From Isurus oxyrinchus (Eukaryota): DNA of 64,000 nt. Both the position numbers and the translations under genes were made by a program. Under the pieces are notes generated by a model. That model saw only the letters and a list, made by a program, of their open reading frames with translations. It did not search any database and was not told the origin of the DNA. Where the stretch lies: NCBI GenBank assembly GCA_026770705.1, contig JANJGN010000006.1, positions 14,136,001 through 14,200,000 of the forward strand. The letters run 5' to 3'. Positions 38,387 to 51,437 of this stretch are shown piece by piece. The stretch's first letter is position 1; every line of letters starts with the position of its first letter.

Positions 38387-39014
38387 AAAAATGTTCAACA
38401 TCAGTACGGAATGCTGAATGTAAGCATCTCAGTACACAACAGGTACAGCAGACTATAATTGTAACAGGAACATGTGAGATCAAAGAAATCCAGGGCGGAA
38501 GAGGATTAATGTCACACAAAATAAGAAAGGTCAAGTTTTCGCATTCGAAACACTGAGGGATATGGAAACCACGACCATGTGTAACTCAGGGTCTGGCTAT
38601 GAGTTGAGATGTTGGAATTTTTCATTGTGTATTTTCTGACTAAAGTATCTGTAATATGTTTGAGACTATGAAACTGCATATCCATATGATATAATGTCTA
38701 ATATTGTTTGAAAGCTTTAAACAGGAATAAAATATGCAGCTCACAATTATATTTTTCACTAACGTCTGTACGAATGTTGCTGAGAAGAGCCGCATTCATT
38801 TTTGATAGCTTTTTCTGGATGGACAGGAGAAAGAAGAGAAATACATAGGGGGATGATGAAAGAATAAAGATGAAGAAGGAATAAAATGAAGAAGACAAAG
38901 AGAAATGGAATCCTGCAGTGTTTTGACACAAAAGCCTGCATTTTCCTACTGATCTACCTGACTTACAATGGTAAATTTGCAAACTAAAACATTTGGGCAG
39001 ATGTCCATTGCATG

Positions 39015-39285
39015 GGAATGTTCCAGCACCGTTGGCGTCAGGCATCATGGCAGGTTGGGGGAACGACAATACGGCAAGAAGACCAAAAATCAATTTCACG
39101 CCGTCATGAAACCAGTTTGCAATCGTCCAATGACGAGCCATGTTTCCGACCGCGGCACGTCAGTAACCTCATTTCAATACTTTAGCATCTCATTATCAGC
39201 CCTGCTTGCCGGAATCATCGTCCCATGTCAATTGGAACTCAGGTCCAATAATTCAATATATTAACAAGCAAGAAATGAACCTTTC
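39015..39285. repeat. Composite local duplication (inverted copy of 38167-38383 plus direct copy of 40223-40280)
   Basis: 217-bp near-identical reverse complement followed by a 58-bp exact direct copy, overlapping at TCAA. Confidence 0.9.
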
Positions 39286-39639
39286 CACTATTTATTAGAA
39301 TAGCCATAGGAAGGATTGGCCCATTTTTGCTTTGTTCTGCTCAAATGAGGCAAAAATTACATCATATGCCACACTTACCATCATTTCCACCTCATTCATG
39401 CTGTCTTATATAAAACAAGTGCCAAGGGTCGCTAGGTGCTGTGGAGAAGATGGAAGAAAATTTAAGGAGCTGAACATTAACATCGATAGACCTTTTGAAG
39501 CTTATTTCTGACTGATTTTTGGTGGCATTCTTTGCTGTTATTAACTATTTTCATATCTTCCTTTGTGTTGTTTGCTGTTGAACAGTGACTTCCTCCCATT
39601 AATTCAAATAATGAACAAAGGTTTCCCATTGGGAATGCC

Positions 39640-40550
39640 ATGGTATCTTTGCCTTTGAGAAGAACAGGAGGAGGAATAGAGGAATGCCAGACTGGTTAGA
39701 CAGTACCAGAGACACAAGGCATCCACATACCCATACACCAAAATACACTCGCCATTGCACTTTGATTTGGGCTTGTCTTATAGAGGAGACTGTCGCTAAC
39801 TTAATGATTCAATCTACAGATCATTTCCATTGCGTGCACTGTGGTGCCAATTGCTGTTAAGATCATAGATGATTATTACTATAATTCACAGCAACATTCC
39901 AAGCTGGTCAAAGTACAAATCTTTTACCGGCACCAGAAGGGCAAGGGCAGTAGATTCAAGGGCTCATCATGAAACTCTCCTCTTAGTCACAAGTCATCTT
40001 GAGTTTCTTCATACATAGAAGTAAATACTGAATGAAATTTTCAAAAAGAAATATTCATATGGGTTGTTTAGGTTGTATTTGAGGTGGTCTTCAGATTATT
40101 TTCTGCCTGTCTGGTTCCTTTAACCAGGTATTAGTCAATAAATGTCTTCATCTATCATCCATAGAGGAACACGGAATTTTATGATCAACAGCAGCATGTC
40201 CCACAGTCAGTAGTTAAGCAACTCAATTGGAACTCAGGTCCAATAATTCAATATATTAACAAGCAAGAAATGAACCTTTCACCCCTGTAACCCACCAGGC
40301 GGTTGGTAATTCAAAAATACTGTTTGGGAAATCTAATCATATATACACAGTAAAAGCAAGCCTTACTAAAGTCAGAGATGGTTTCACTAGGGAGAAGACA
40401 TTGAAAAGGAGGCTGATGATTTTTGGCACAGCAATGAGCACCCTTTCCTCACTAGGAGGCACGTCTGGAAGGAAATTACAAGGCTGTTGGATGTGATCTC
40501 GACCAAGAAAAGCAGTCATGCAGAAAAGGTTTAATGATATGAAGAAGGCA
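39640..40550 (+). mobile_element. Ancient Harbinger remnants (transposase PIAVKI; Myb/SANT VWKEIT..RFND)
   Basis: Short degenerate motifs near 39845 and 40460-40540. Confidence 0.4.
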
Positions 40551-40817
40551 AGTAAACAAAGCTGCTGGATGATGAGATGACTGCCCATTTCATAATACAA
40601 ACTTTCCTCTATTAATAATGTATGCCCCATCCACAATAATGATAATTCAACCTCCAGATGCAGTTATACTATCAGGCTGAAATTCCAAATAGCCTGTTCC
40701 ACTGATAAAAGTATGGTGGACATAAAAACATGCAAGGCTGCCTAAAGTAAAGGCCACTATGCTCTTCCAAGTTATAAATATATGGTTATTAGCATAGTTA
40801 GCGTGTATCAGTGGCAC

Positions 40818-41640
40818 TGTCATGAAGAAATTAATGCCTATAATGTTATTGGAAATTATCTTTTAAATAGATTTTAGTGGGGTCTGAATTTGTGTGTGTG
40901 TGTGTCTTAATTGAATTAAAGCCAGCTAGTCTGGGTGCTTTAATGTATAGAAAGAAGTAAGTTTGAAATGGTATTTAGATAAACCCAGGGAAGTTTAGGA
41001 ACATAGATGCTAAGGGTGTACACTTGCATTTGTTGAATAAAGCATTCAAGAGTGGGAGTAGAATCTTCTACTTAGCTGGGAGACACCAAGCAATGTTTAT
41101 GTTACTAATAAAATTAATGGGATGAAAATATTATCGTTAGAAGATATGATGTTAAAAGCCTAGGATACAATGGAAAATTTACATTCAAAGGAAAAGCTAG
41201 GTATAAACAGAAAGGAGCTTGTGTGTGTAAGGTAGAGGCACTTAAGATCTAACCAGCTTGTAAGTCTGCAACTGTGCTTGCAAGGAACCTCATTTTGAAT
41301 TTGTAAAGTCAAATGTGCTTTGCCTGGGATCTTTTAAAATCTGAGTTTTACTGTCGCCTTAATGGACGTATAACTGAGAGTAAGATTAATTAGGAGATTT
41401 TTGTAGTTATTTTAGGAGTAATTTTGTAGACATACATTTGTGCTTACAATTGTCCTTGTATTAATAAATGTTTAATTTCGTTTTATAACAAGCCCTTTGA
41501 GACTTGGTAGTCTTATTACTGCTAAATTAAAAGCCTGCATCTCGAAACATACAAATTGGAAAAATGGATTATGACAGTTGTTTCAAGTCTCCCTCTGGGA
41601 TTTGAGCAATGTGGTCTTTACCATTAGCTGTATCATAACA
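40818..41640 (+). repeat. 5' LTR of a Gmr1-like Gypsy element
   Basis: TGTCATG...CATAACA; colinear with 55891-56726; followed by a PBS. Confidence 0.85.
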
Positions 41641-41642
41641 AT

Positions 41643-41660
41643 TGGGGGCTCATCCAGGAT
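41643..41660 (+). promoter_or_regulatory. tRNA-Pro primer-binding site
   Basis: TGGGGGCTCATCCAGGAT versus canonical TGGGGGCTCGTCCGGGAT (two CpG-type changes). Confidence 0.8.
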
Positions 41661-43944
41661 AATATTTGTAATTCCTTGATTTTTTTGGAATTGGTAAATC
41701 TTAAGGCTACGAGTATGAAAAGCACTTTGAATTCAGGAGTGGGTGTGAGGTATTTTTGAAGTGGTGAGACTGCAAAAATGGCTGTTTTGGAATTAGAAGA
41801 TATAACTCTGATTGGGTTACAAAAAGTACCCAATAGTAAGTTAACAGAAGTGACAGAGAAGTTACAATTGAGGTTACCTGGAAATCAGAAATAATTGAAG
41901 TGACTGAGTTGTCCAAGGCGTGATTCATTGGAATGGGCTCAAATTCAGTTGCAAATGAAAACAATTGAATTGGAAGAAAAGGATAGAGACAGGACATTCC
42001 AAAAGGAACAGGCAAAAAGGCAGGAGAGAAAAAGAATATGTAATTTCCTATTGACATTTCTAAGTTGAGAAGCCTCAGGGTGGCCAAGGCTGGTCACATA
42101 GGACACTTCTAAGCTTAAAAAAAGTAGGCGATGAGACAGCATAAATTAACAAATAGTAATTGGTTGAGCCCCTATATTGGGTTCTAAAGGCCTGTGTTGA
42201 TTGTCTGGAGGAAGGATAGATTAAAGGAGATGTAGCGTTAAATAGTTTGCGATACAATAAGGGACAGTGTAATGAGTCTTAATTTTGACACAGTGAGAAG
42301 GCAGGGACGAGGAGGAGTATGGAAGAGGGCATTTTACAGCTTGAGGAACAATGAAGGTAAATTTGGATGGGCAATGACCATATTAATATGGATAAAACAG
42401 GTGAACAGTAATAATAAACTGTCCTCACCTCCTGCCAGATTTACTGTTCTTACAAGCTCTCGCTCTAATTTCACTGATTATATCTCCACAGGAAGTGGTG
42501 TATCCTTCAACGCTGTAAGCCAACATGTGGCAACTTGGCCTCGTCCCAGGAGAAGGAGCTCACTGGCTGAGCTGTCTGTTATACAGCTAGCCAAAGTGTT
42601 CCCACAGCGGTAGGTGATGTGGGGATGAAGTCGCAGGATGATGGTGTTGATTCGCTCGGACAAGTCAATGCTTTCAGTTTGGCGTCTGCTGCAGATGTAG
42701 CATGTTATTCCCGAACCAGCATGGCGGTGCAGTTTGCTGACAGATAAAAGGGTCAGGCTTGACTCCCTCCTCCCCCCAGCCTTCCCCCCCAACTAAAGAT
42801 TGCAAATACTCCCATTCCACCTGCAGGTTGTATAATCTGATTTTACCCTTTCCCTGACACAGCGGCTCTCCCTCTTTAGTGTCCTGAATTTGTTCAGGTC
42901 CAGGCCGATGTGCTGTCCTTTTGTACTATCCTTGATGAGCGATGCCACCCACAACCAATGATGACTCCAACTGACCGAACTTTGACCCAGTGATAGCATT
43001 GCCTCAAATGTGGAACTTCTTTTGTCAATACGTCCTTAAACCTTTGAGACCTGAGCGGAACCAGCAATGTCCTAGTCATTGAATCCCAGGAAGAATGGAG
43101 ATCCTCAAAGACCCAACCCATGGCAACAATTACAGTAAAGTGAGCAACCAGGCTGTGTCTTGGAGCTGGTCAGACACAGTGAGGACATCCCAACAACAAA
43201 AAGACTCCAATTCAAAGCACTCTAAATCCCACACTCTAATTCCCTCTTCTAACAGCCCTGCTCCAGAATAGAGAGATGTAGACATTAAAGGCTTTAACAC
43301 GTTCTTTGACTGTGCGCAAATGCAAGCGAAAGTACTGCCGACTGCTTGAGTTGTACTGGGAACTTCTTTGTTCAGCAGTGAGCCTTGTTTGAGCCTTGCT
43401 AGGTGGTATCTACAAGCTGAGCAAGAAAACAGCACAGCTTTGCCCCTCTTGGAAACATGACAATAGGAAAAAGACCATCTCTTCAAATATATATCACTGC
43501 TACTTCACCTTAATACTGTGCATCAATTACAAATGTAGAAGCGTTGGTTCAATAAAGAATGTGGACCTAAACAATGCTGCATGATTTGTGTAATCTGATC
43601 CTGGTCCTCGCAGTATTTTTCTTGGTAGACATGCACATACTTAGTAATGATGTGTAATCTAAAACACATCTGTAAAACTTGCTGTTTGGCTCCCACACCT
43701 GTACCCCCCAGCTATTGCAACCTTTCTTGTCTCTCTCTTTGTTTTATCAAACCTACTACAGTCAGTGCTCATTTGAACTTTCCTCTCTTGTTTCTACTAC
43801 GCTGTAACTCTTCAGTCCGACGTGTATTTCCTTCTCTTTGGCTGTGTTGAAATTGGGACACACTGTACCATCTTGTATTTTACTCTGTCACAGGATGCAG
43901 GCGTCACTGGCTGGGCCAGCATTTAGTGCCCATTCCAATTTCCT

Positions 43945-44126
43945 CAATGGCCTCAATTGGCCATTGACAGGTTGGCGGGCCCGCAGCTGATTTTGCTTCC
44001 TGAAAATTTAAGTGGGGCGGGGTGACGTCGGGGGTTCTGCCTGACATCATCCCGCGTCATTTTACGCGTCGGCGAGCAGGACCCGCCCCCCCCCCCCCCT
44101 TGCTCGCTGACGGCAAAATTCTGCCC
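43945..44126. repeat. Harbinger MITE terminal fragment
   Basis: cattttacgcgtcggcgagcagg...aaaattctgccc, same end as 52248 and 63541. Confidence 0.7.
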
Positions 44127-45099
44127 TTTGAGACTATTTGCCTATAGCCTCAGTAAAATTCTTCATATTAACACCATCTTTTTATTCCTTCAGCAACTGG
44201 TTCTATCTTGCACCTCTGTGGGGTTCTCAATCATCTGCAAAAACACAGGATAGTTCTACACTCGACCTCACCAGGGCCTTTAAATGTCACACAGGTTTAT
44301 TAAATAAATAAATGGATAATAACAAAACCACAACATCGATTTACAATGATTGTTACATTTTTCAAACTTCTAATTTGTGGAAAATAATAAAAGCATGACT
44401 TTGTTTATTTTTTATTCAAATCCTTTCCACGCTAATTTTGGGAGTTATCAGTCTTATCCCAGTAGTGTTTCCAGTCCACAATTTTACCTCAAAGCCGCCA
44501 ATCAAACTCAATGATTTGAGAAAGGCGAGTCTATAAATTTCCGTCAAATGGTGTCTGGAGCTAAGGAGAATCTGAATAATTAAGTTTTAAAAGCTGCCAA
44601 TCCTTGGTTTGGAATCAATAGTGCGGCGTGTTTGTATTTGAACTGAGCAACTCAACTTCTTGAAGTATGCTGCTTGGTAACTAATTGAACAATAGTTTGC
44701 AATATTGGATTGAGATAAGCTGGTCACATTCTTAGATTGAAGTTTTTTTCATCTTTAATGTACCATATTATAATTTTTAAAAGCTGAGTGTTAGACAAAA
44801 ATACATAATTTTCATTCCTCCTGCTTCATTTCTGTCACGTGTGAAGTTGAGCTTGTGTTGTCAGACACAATGTTGGTATTTTTAATATTTAAATGTGGAG
44901 TCTTCATTAATGGTAGGGGTCTCCCCGTAGATATTAGAAATTCATTGATAATTGAGTGTCCCCAAATTTCTGTCTCACATATCAGATACAGCAATGTTCT
45001 CAGTATTAGAATGAAGACAAGCACAGTATAAGGAACAAAATAAACATAATTTAGGTTCATTCACTGTGAAAAGGTTAACCCCAGGTAGCAGGCCAAGCT

Positions 45100-45600
45100 A
45101 AAAGCAAAATACTGCGGATGCTGGAAATCCGAAACAAAAACAAAAGTTGCTGGAAAAACTCAGCAGGTCTGACAGCATCTGCAGAGAGGAAGACAGTTAA
45201 CATTTCGAGTCTGTATGACTCTTCATCAGAACTAAGAAATATAAAAATGAGGTGAAATATAAGCTGGTTGAGGAGGGGTGGGACAGGTAGAAATGGAAAG
45301 CAATGAAGGTGACAGGGCTAAAGAGACAAGTGGAAATCCTGTCAGAGAGAAGAGCAGTACTTCTTCAAGGTAGGCATTCCTGGAAAAGAAGTGGGAGTCA
45401 ATTAAACACTAAGATAAAAGCAAAATACTACTGATGCTGGAAATCTGAAACAAAAACAAAGAATTGCTGGAAAAACTCAGCAGGTCTGACAGCATCTGTA
45501 GAGGGAGGGACAGAGTTGATGTTTCAAGTCCAAATGACTCTTCTTCAGAGCTGGTGAGAGGTGGAAATGTGGTGAAATGTGTGCTGTTTGGGGGAGGTGG
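45100..45600 (-). mobile_element. Internally deleted Penelope with two direct terminal repeats, each carrying a canonical-core hammerhead
   Basis: Repeats at ~45100-45290 and ~45412-45600; minus-strand CUGAUGA-A-GAGUC/GACUC-GAAA (45196-45233) and CUGAAGA-A-GAGUC/GACUU-GAAA-C-AUC (45514-45552). Confidence 0.75.
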
Positions 45601-45639
45601 GACTGATGAGGCTGGATGGAGGGCCAGTGGTGAGTGGGT

Positions 45640-47723
45640 GCAGGGGAGAGCTTGCGTGACACCCTCTGCGGACTGTATTGCAGGGCTCCACCAGACCGGT
45701 CCAGGCACTGGAACTTCATCTTCAGCATCCCGATGGTCTGCTCCACCAAGTTGTGAGTTGCTGCATGAGCCTCATTATAGCATCGCTCTGCTGCAGTCTG
45801 AGGCCGCTGCACGGGTGTCATCAGCCACGGCTTCTACGGGTAGGCCTTGTCCCCAAGGAGCCAACCCTGCAGCATCTGTGGACCCTGGAAGACTGCAGGG
45901 ATCTGTGAGTGGCTCAGGATGTAAGCGTCGTGCACACTCCTTGCACACCTGCAGGATGTGTTGCGGGTGGTCACAAACCACCTGCACGTTTAGTGAGCTC
46001 GAAGGCCTTGCAGATGATGAAGTCCAGTGAGTGTAGCGATGGAGACCTGGGCGCCACATGAGTGCAGTCAATCGCACCCTGCACCTGTGGGAATCCCGAG
46101 ATCAGGGTGAATCCAATGCCCCTGGCATCCTGGCTGTCCCGGTCCTAGGTGAAATGCACAAAGTTGTGTGCCATGGAGAAGATGGCATCTGTGACCTCAT
46201 GGATGCATTTGTGGGTGGTGGATTGTAAAATCCCACAGAGGTCACCTGTGGAGCCCTGAAAGGAGCCGCTGGCATAGAAATTGAGCGCCACGGTCACTTT
46301 CATGGCCACTGGCAGTGGATGCCCTCCATGTCCCCTGGGCGCCAAGTCCTGCAGTAAGTGGCAGATGTGAGCTACCAGGTTCCCAGACATGCGCAGTCGT
46401 TGGCAACATGGTTCTCAGTCATTTGCAGAGGTGGCGTCTATAGACCCTGGGTGTCACTAGGCGCTGGCCAGCCATGGCTCGCTGTTGCTCCTGAGCAGTG
46501 TGTATTGGAGCCCCTGCTGCCCCTTCTTCATGAGATTGCTGCTCCTGCCTTTGTGCAGCCAGGATCCTCAGTCGCTCTTCCTCCATCTTCTACAGTCTCT
46601 TTAGGCCATCAGGCACACAGCTAGGTCACCAGGATCCATGATCTTGACATGGTCCTCCTGCAGAATGAAAGATAGAGAGAGACATGGTTATCATGGCTGT
46701 ACTTAGCATCTTTCCTGGCCCTGTGTAACTGCCCCTTAATGCTTCCTGGAGAGTGCTGGTCACCCCTCAGATGGCCAGAGATGAGAGCGCTACATGGCTG
46801 CCCTGTCAATCTGCGACATGGGGGAGACTGCTCTTGACTGAGATTGCAAGGGGCTGTGAGCGCCTCCAGCAGTGACTGCGACATGGCCAGCGTCGGCAAG
46901 GAGATTGTACAATGTGTGCAGTCCAACTGCTCCGATGTCCAAAACAGTGGAGGTGGACTCGAAGACTGTGCCGGGGGGTGGTGGTGGGGGGTAAGTTATG
47001 GAGCGCTTGGTGGCCCTTTGGTGCCTAATCATTGCTTTCCTGAGTGGGCAGGCTAGGAACCTGACCCCAATCATATCACTGTGGCTGCGCCTGATCTGTC
47101 TCAGTTGCAGAGGCCTGGTCAGTTCATACAGGGTGTCCCTAATGCGTGGCCACTTCCCTCACTTACCCTGCCCCCCCCACCTCAATTGCCTGTGTGCGGG
47201 ATACAGAGCCAGGACAGCACATGACCCCCGTCCCCACTGCCCCACCGACAATGGTCACTTCCTAGGCCAGCTAGCACTTGCCTCTAGACACCCCTCAGCT
47301 CAGCAATCGCCTCCAAAGCTGGCCAGCTCTTGCCCCTGGAGACCCCGCCCCCACCAGCTTCAGCAGTCGCCTCCGGGCCAGGCATCATTTGCCCCTGAGC
47401 CCCTGAGGCCTGTAAACAACAGACGAGCTGCAGTGAACGCTGCTGCTCACTCACCGCAGTTCCCCCAAAGTGAAGGACGCCGAGTGCACGTCGTCTGTGC
47501 GCTGTTGTGAAACACATCGGCACGCTTTCCCTCCGATGTGCCCGGACGATACGGCAGGGTTTCAGTAGCCTGGCTGGATGGCCTTTTAATTATACGCTGA
47601 CGTATTACAATTAGCTCCCCGCTGACCGATGGGGGGCTGAGCTGACGATCGCGACCTGCCTTCACACCATCGAGAAACATGCCACTATCACACCCATCAC
47701 CAGCAGCTCGGAGAATCCCGCCC
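45640..47723 (-). mobile_element. Harbinger element, transposase half, decayed
   Basis: LPVAMKVTVALNFYASGSFQG, LNVQVVCDH, VEQTIGMLKMKFQCLDRSGGALQYSP; terminus GAATCCCGCCC at 47723. Confidence 0.85.
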
Positions 47724-48510
47724 TTTTAGTCAACTGTTTATCATCCGGAGTCACAAGGAGCTTTGAAGTGATGGCAACAAGCTTTAAAAACGATGATGAG
47801 AGCGTATTGCCAGGATTATCCACAGGATTGGGATGGGGAAATTGCATTCTTGTTATTTGCTATTAGGGACGCTCCCAATCCATCGACTGGTTTTAGTCCT
47901 TTTGAACTAGCCTCTGGTCATGAGGTAGGTAGACCACTGAGATTGATTCATGGGAAATTGGTGGGTCAAAATCCAGAAACTACTGCCCTGGATTATGTAT
48001 CAAACTTCAGAGAGAGATTGGACAGAGCATGTGAATTGGCTAGGGAACATTTAAAGATATCACAGCGAGTGATGGAAGTGAAGGCAGATGAGAAAGCTGA
48101 AGTTTGCAGTTTTATTGCTGGACAGAAAGTGTTAGCTCTGTTACCAACACAGAGTGACACATTAAAGGCAAGGTTTCGTGGACATTACAGGATTGAAAAG
48201 AAATTGAGTGAAGTAAATTATTTAATAAATATTCCAGATAGAAGAAAGAAGCAGAGGGTGTGTCATGTAAATATGCTTAAAAAGTACATTGGCAGGGAAG
48301 AAGAACAATATGAGGTGTTAGTGATGGTGGACAATGAGAAAGAGCTAGAAGTGCAAGACTCTGAAATTGATTTTCCTCCAGTCAAATTGGATACTGGGGG
48401 AGTACTTGAAAATTTAAATGTAATATTGAGTTACCTTCCAAACAAGTGCCAAAGTGATTTGGAAAAGCTATTGCAGTCACACAAACCTATTTGTGAGAAT
48501 ATGTTGGGGA
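47724..48510 (+). pseudogene. Gmr1-like integrase C-terminal half (lies upstream of RT)
   Basis: YHPESQGAL, DWDGEIAFLLFAIRD..STGFSPFEL, RVCHVNMLK; IN-before-RT order is diagnostic of Gmr1. Confidence 0.85.
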
Positions 48511-50375
48511 AAATAATAAAGAGGAAGAAAATAAACTTTGAGGGTAAACTAGCAAGTAATATAAAAATGGACAGTTAGAGCTTTTTTTTAAATATATGAA
48601 AAGGAAAAGAGAGGCCAAAGTGAACCTAGGCCCCTTACAGAATGAGGCTGGGGAAATAATAATAGGGAACTAGGGAATGGCAGAGGAGTTGCATAAATAC
48701 TTTGCTTCAGTCTTCATGGTAGAAGACACTAATTCCAATATTAAATAATTAAGGGGCAAAGGGTGGGAAGGAAATAGATACAATAACTATCACCAGAGAA
48801 GAAGTACTAAGGAAACTAGTAGAGCTAAAGGCCGATAAGTCCCCTGGACCTGATGGGTTGCATCATAGGATATTAAAAGGAAGTAGCTACAGAGATAGTG
48901 GATACGGTAATAATCTTCCAAGACTCCTTAGATTCTGGGGAAGTTCCAGAGGATTGGAAAAATGCGAATGTAACACCCTTGTTCAAAAAGGGAAGGAGAC
49001 AAAAAGCTGTAGGCCAGTTAGTTTAACATCTGCCATTGGGCAAATGTTAGTGTTTATTATAAAGGATGTTATAGCAGAATACTTATAATTACATAATCTA
49101 ATCAAGCAGAGTCAGCATGGCTTCATGAAGGGGAAATCATGCCTGACAAATTTATTAGAATTCTTAGAGGAGGCGCCAAGCAAGATAGATAAAGGAGAAC
49201 CAGTAGATGTAATATATTTGGATTTCCAAAAGGCGTTCAATAAGATACCACATGTAAGGCTACTCAGTAAGAAAAGAACCCATGGTGTTGCAGGTAATAC
49301 ATTAGCATGGATAAAGGATTGGCTAACTAATAGGAGACAGAGAGTTGGGATAAAGGGGGCATTTTCAGGTTGGCAACCTGTAACTAGTGGAGTGGCATAG
49401 GGATCAGTGCTGGGGCCTCAAATATTTACCATATATATTAATGACTTAGCTGAGGGAAGTGAATGCACTATTGCCAAATTTGCAGATGATACAAAAATAG
49501 CTGGGAAGATAAATGGTGGGGATAACACAAGGAGTCTATAGAGGGATACAGACAGGTTAAGTGAGTGGGCCAAGAAATGGTAGATGGAATATAATGTGGG
49601 AAAATGTGAGGTTATGCACTTTGGCAGGAAGAACAGAGAAGCTGAATATTATTTAAATGGAGAAAGACTGCAGAAGGCTACAGCACAGAGGGATTTGGGT
49701 GTCCTTGTGCATGAATCCCAAAAAGCTGACTCAGTTCAACCAGGTAAAAGGGAAGCAAGTGGAATGTTGGCTTTTATTTCAAAGGGAATGGAGTATAAAA
49801 ATAGGGAAGTTTTGCTGAAACTATACAATGCACTAGTTGGACAATACCTAGGATACTGTGAACAGTTTTGGTTCCCTTATCTAAGGAAATATATACTGGC
49901 ATTGGAGGCAGTCCAGAGAAGCTTGACTAGGTTGATTCTGGGTATGGAGGGATTTTCTTATGAGAGGTTGAGTGGTTGGGCCTACAGTCATTGGAGTTTA
50001 GAAGAATGAGAGGTGACCTTATTGAAACATATAAGATTATTAGGGGGCTTGACAGGGTAGACACCAAGAGGTTGTTTCCACTTGTGGGAGAATCTAGGAC
50101 CAGAGGGCATAATCTCAGAGTAAGGGATTGCTAACTTAAAACAGAGATGAGGAGAATTTCTTTAATCTGTGGAATTCTTTGCCGCCGAGGGCTGTAGAGG
50201 CTGGGTCATTAAGTATATTCAAGGCTGAGATAGGCAGATCTTTAATCAGTAAGGGGAGAAGACAGGAAAGTGGAGTTGAGGATTATCAGATCAGCCATGA
50301 TCTCATTGAATGGTGGAGCAGACTCGATGGGCCAAATGGCCTACTTCTGCTCCTATGTCTTATGGTGTTATGATC
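48510..50375 (+). mobile_element. CR1 LINE inserted in the Gmr1 pol
   Basis: KSPGPDGLH, KSCLTNLLEF, KFADDTK, EAVQRSLTRL; 3' tail ctatgtcttatgg. Confidence 0.92.
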
Positions 50376-51437
50376 TGATAGGACAGATTTAGCTATACAT
50401 GATGTCTCTGCAACAGTTTCACTTTGGATAAGGCAACATCCTTATAGATTAAATCTGTCACAAAGTTATCACAAGTACAGAAAGAAATTGATTTAATTCT
50501 TCAAAATGATATCATTGAGTCTAGCTGCAGTAACTGGAATTCTGGTACTGAAGCTGGATGGAACCCAAACACAAAGACTGTGTGGACTATCGAATGGTGA
50601 ATGCGGTAACAAAAGTGGATTCCTATCCTATATCATGATTGGAATATTGTATTGAGAAATGGGACAATCAAAATTTATCACCAAGATTGGCAAGCTGAAA
50701 GGATAATGGCAAGTCCCATTATCGGAGAGAGCAATGGAGATATCGGCTTTTCTGATGCCAAATGGACTATATCAATTTAACGTTATGCCATTTGGTATGA
50801 AAAATGCACCTGTGACATTTCAAGGATGGACAAACAAAGTAATTGCAGGTCTAAGATTTGTGCTGTTTATATTGCTGGCTTAATAGTTTTCAGTCAGATG
50901 TGCAATTACAGTATCTGGAAGAATTATTTACGTGATTACAGAAGCTAATTTGGTGATGAACTTGGTTAAAACTGAATTTGCAAAAGCACAAGTTACATAT
51001 CTAGGCCATGCCATTGGACATGGTAAGGTGGCTCCGAGAGATGTGGAAATCAAGGCTATCATGATTTCCCTGTGCCTACAACAAAACGAGAAGTTTTGAG
51101 ATTTCTGGGCATGAGTGGGTTTTACCAGAAATTTGCACCAAATTTTAGCCAAGTGGTTGCTCCACTGACTGAATTATTAATAAAGAACAAGAAGCTTCAA
51201 TGGACACAAGAGTGTCAGAAGGTTTTTGACAGTTTGAAAACTATTAACCAGGACACCAGTTGTGACATAAGTTAATTACGCCAAGCAATTTAAGTTGACG
51301 GTTGATGCAAGCGAAATAGACATTGGGGCCGTACTGTTACAAGAAGTTGACACTGGAATTGAAAAACCAACAGGGTGTTTTTATTGGAAGTTGAATTCAC
51401 AACAGAGAAGATATTCAACGAGTGAAAAGGAGACCTT

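Noticed and set aside
38167-39231. New transposon with 217-bp TIRs
   Set aside because: The Harbinger terminus faces inward, there is no TSD, and the right copy is fused to a second local duplication; better explained as templated insertion.
44489-44572. Possible 84-nt minus-strand exon (ILLSSRHHLTEIYRLAFLKSLSLIGGFE)
   Set aside because: Weak acceptor, no recognisable homology and no partner exons.
46998-47510. 170-aa Pro-rich ORF with signal-like N-terminus
   Set aside because: Lies within the GC-rich subterminal region of a Harbinger; no domain recognised.
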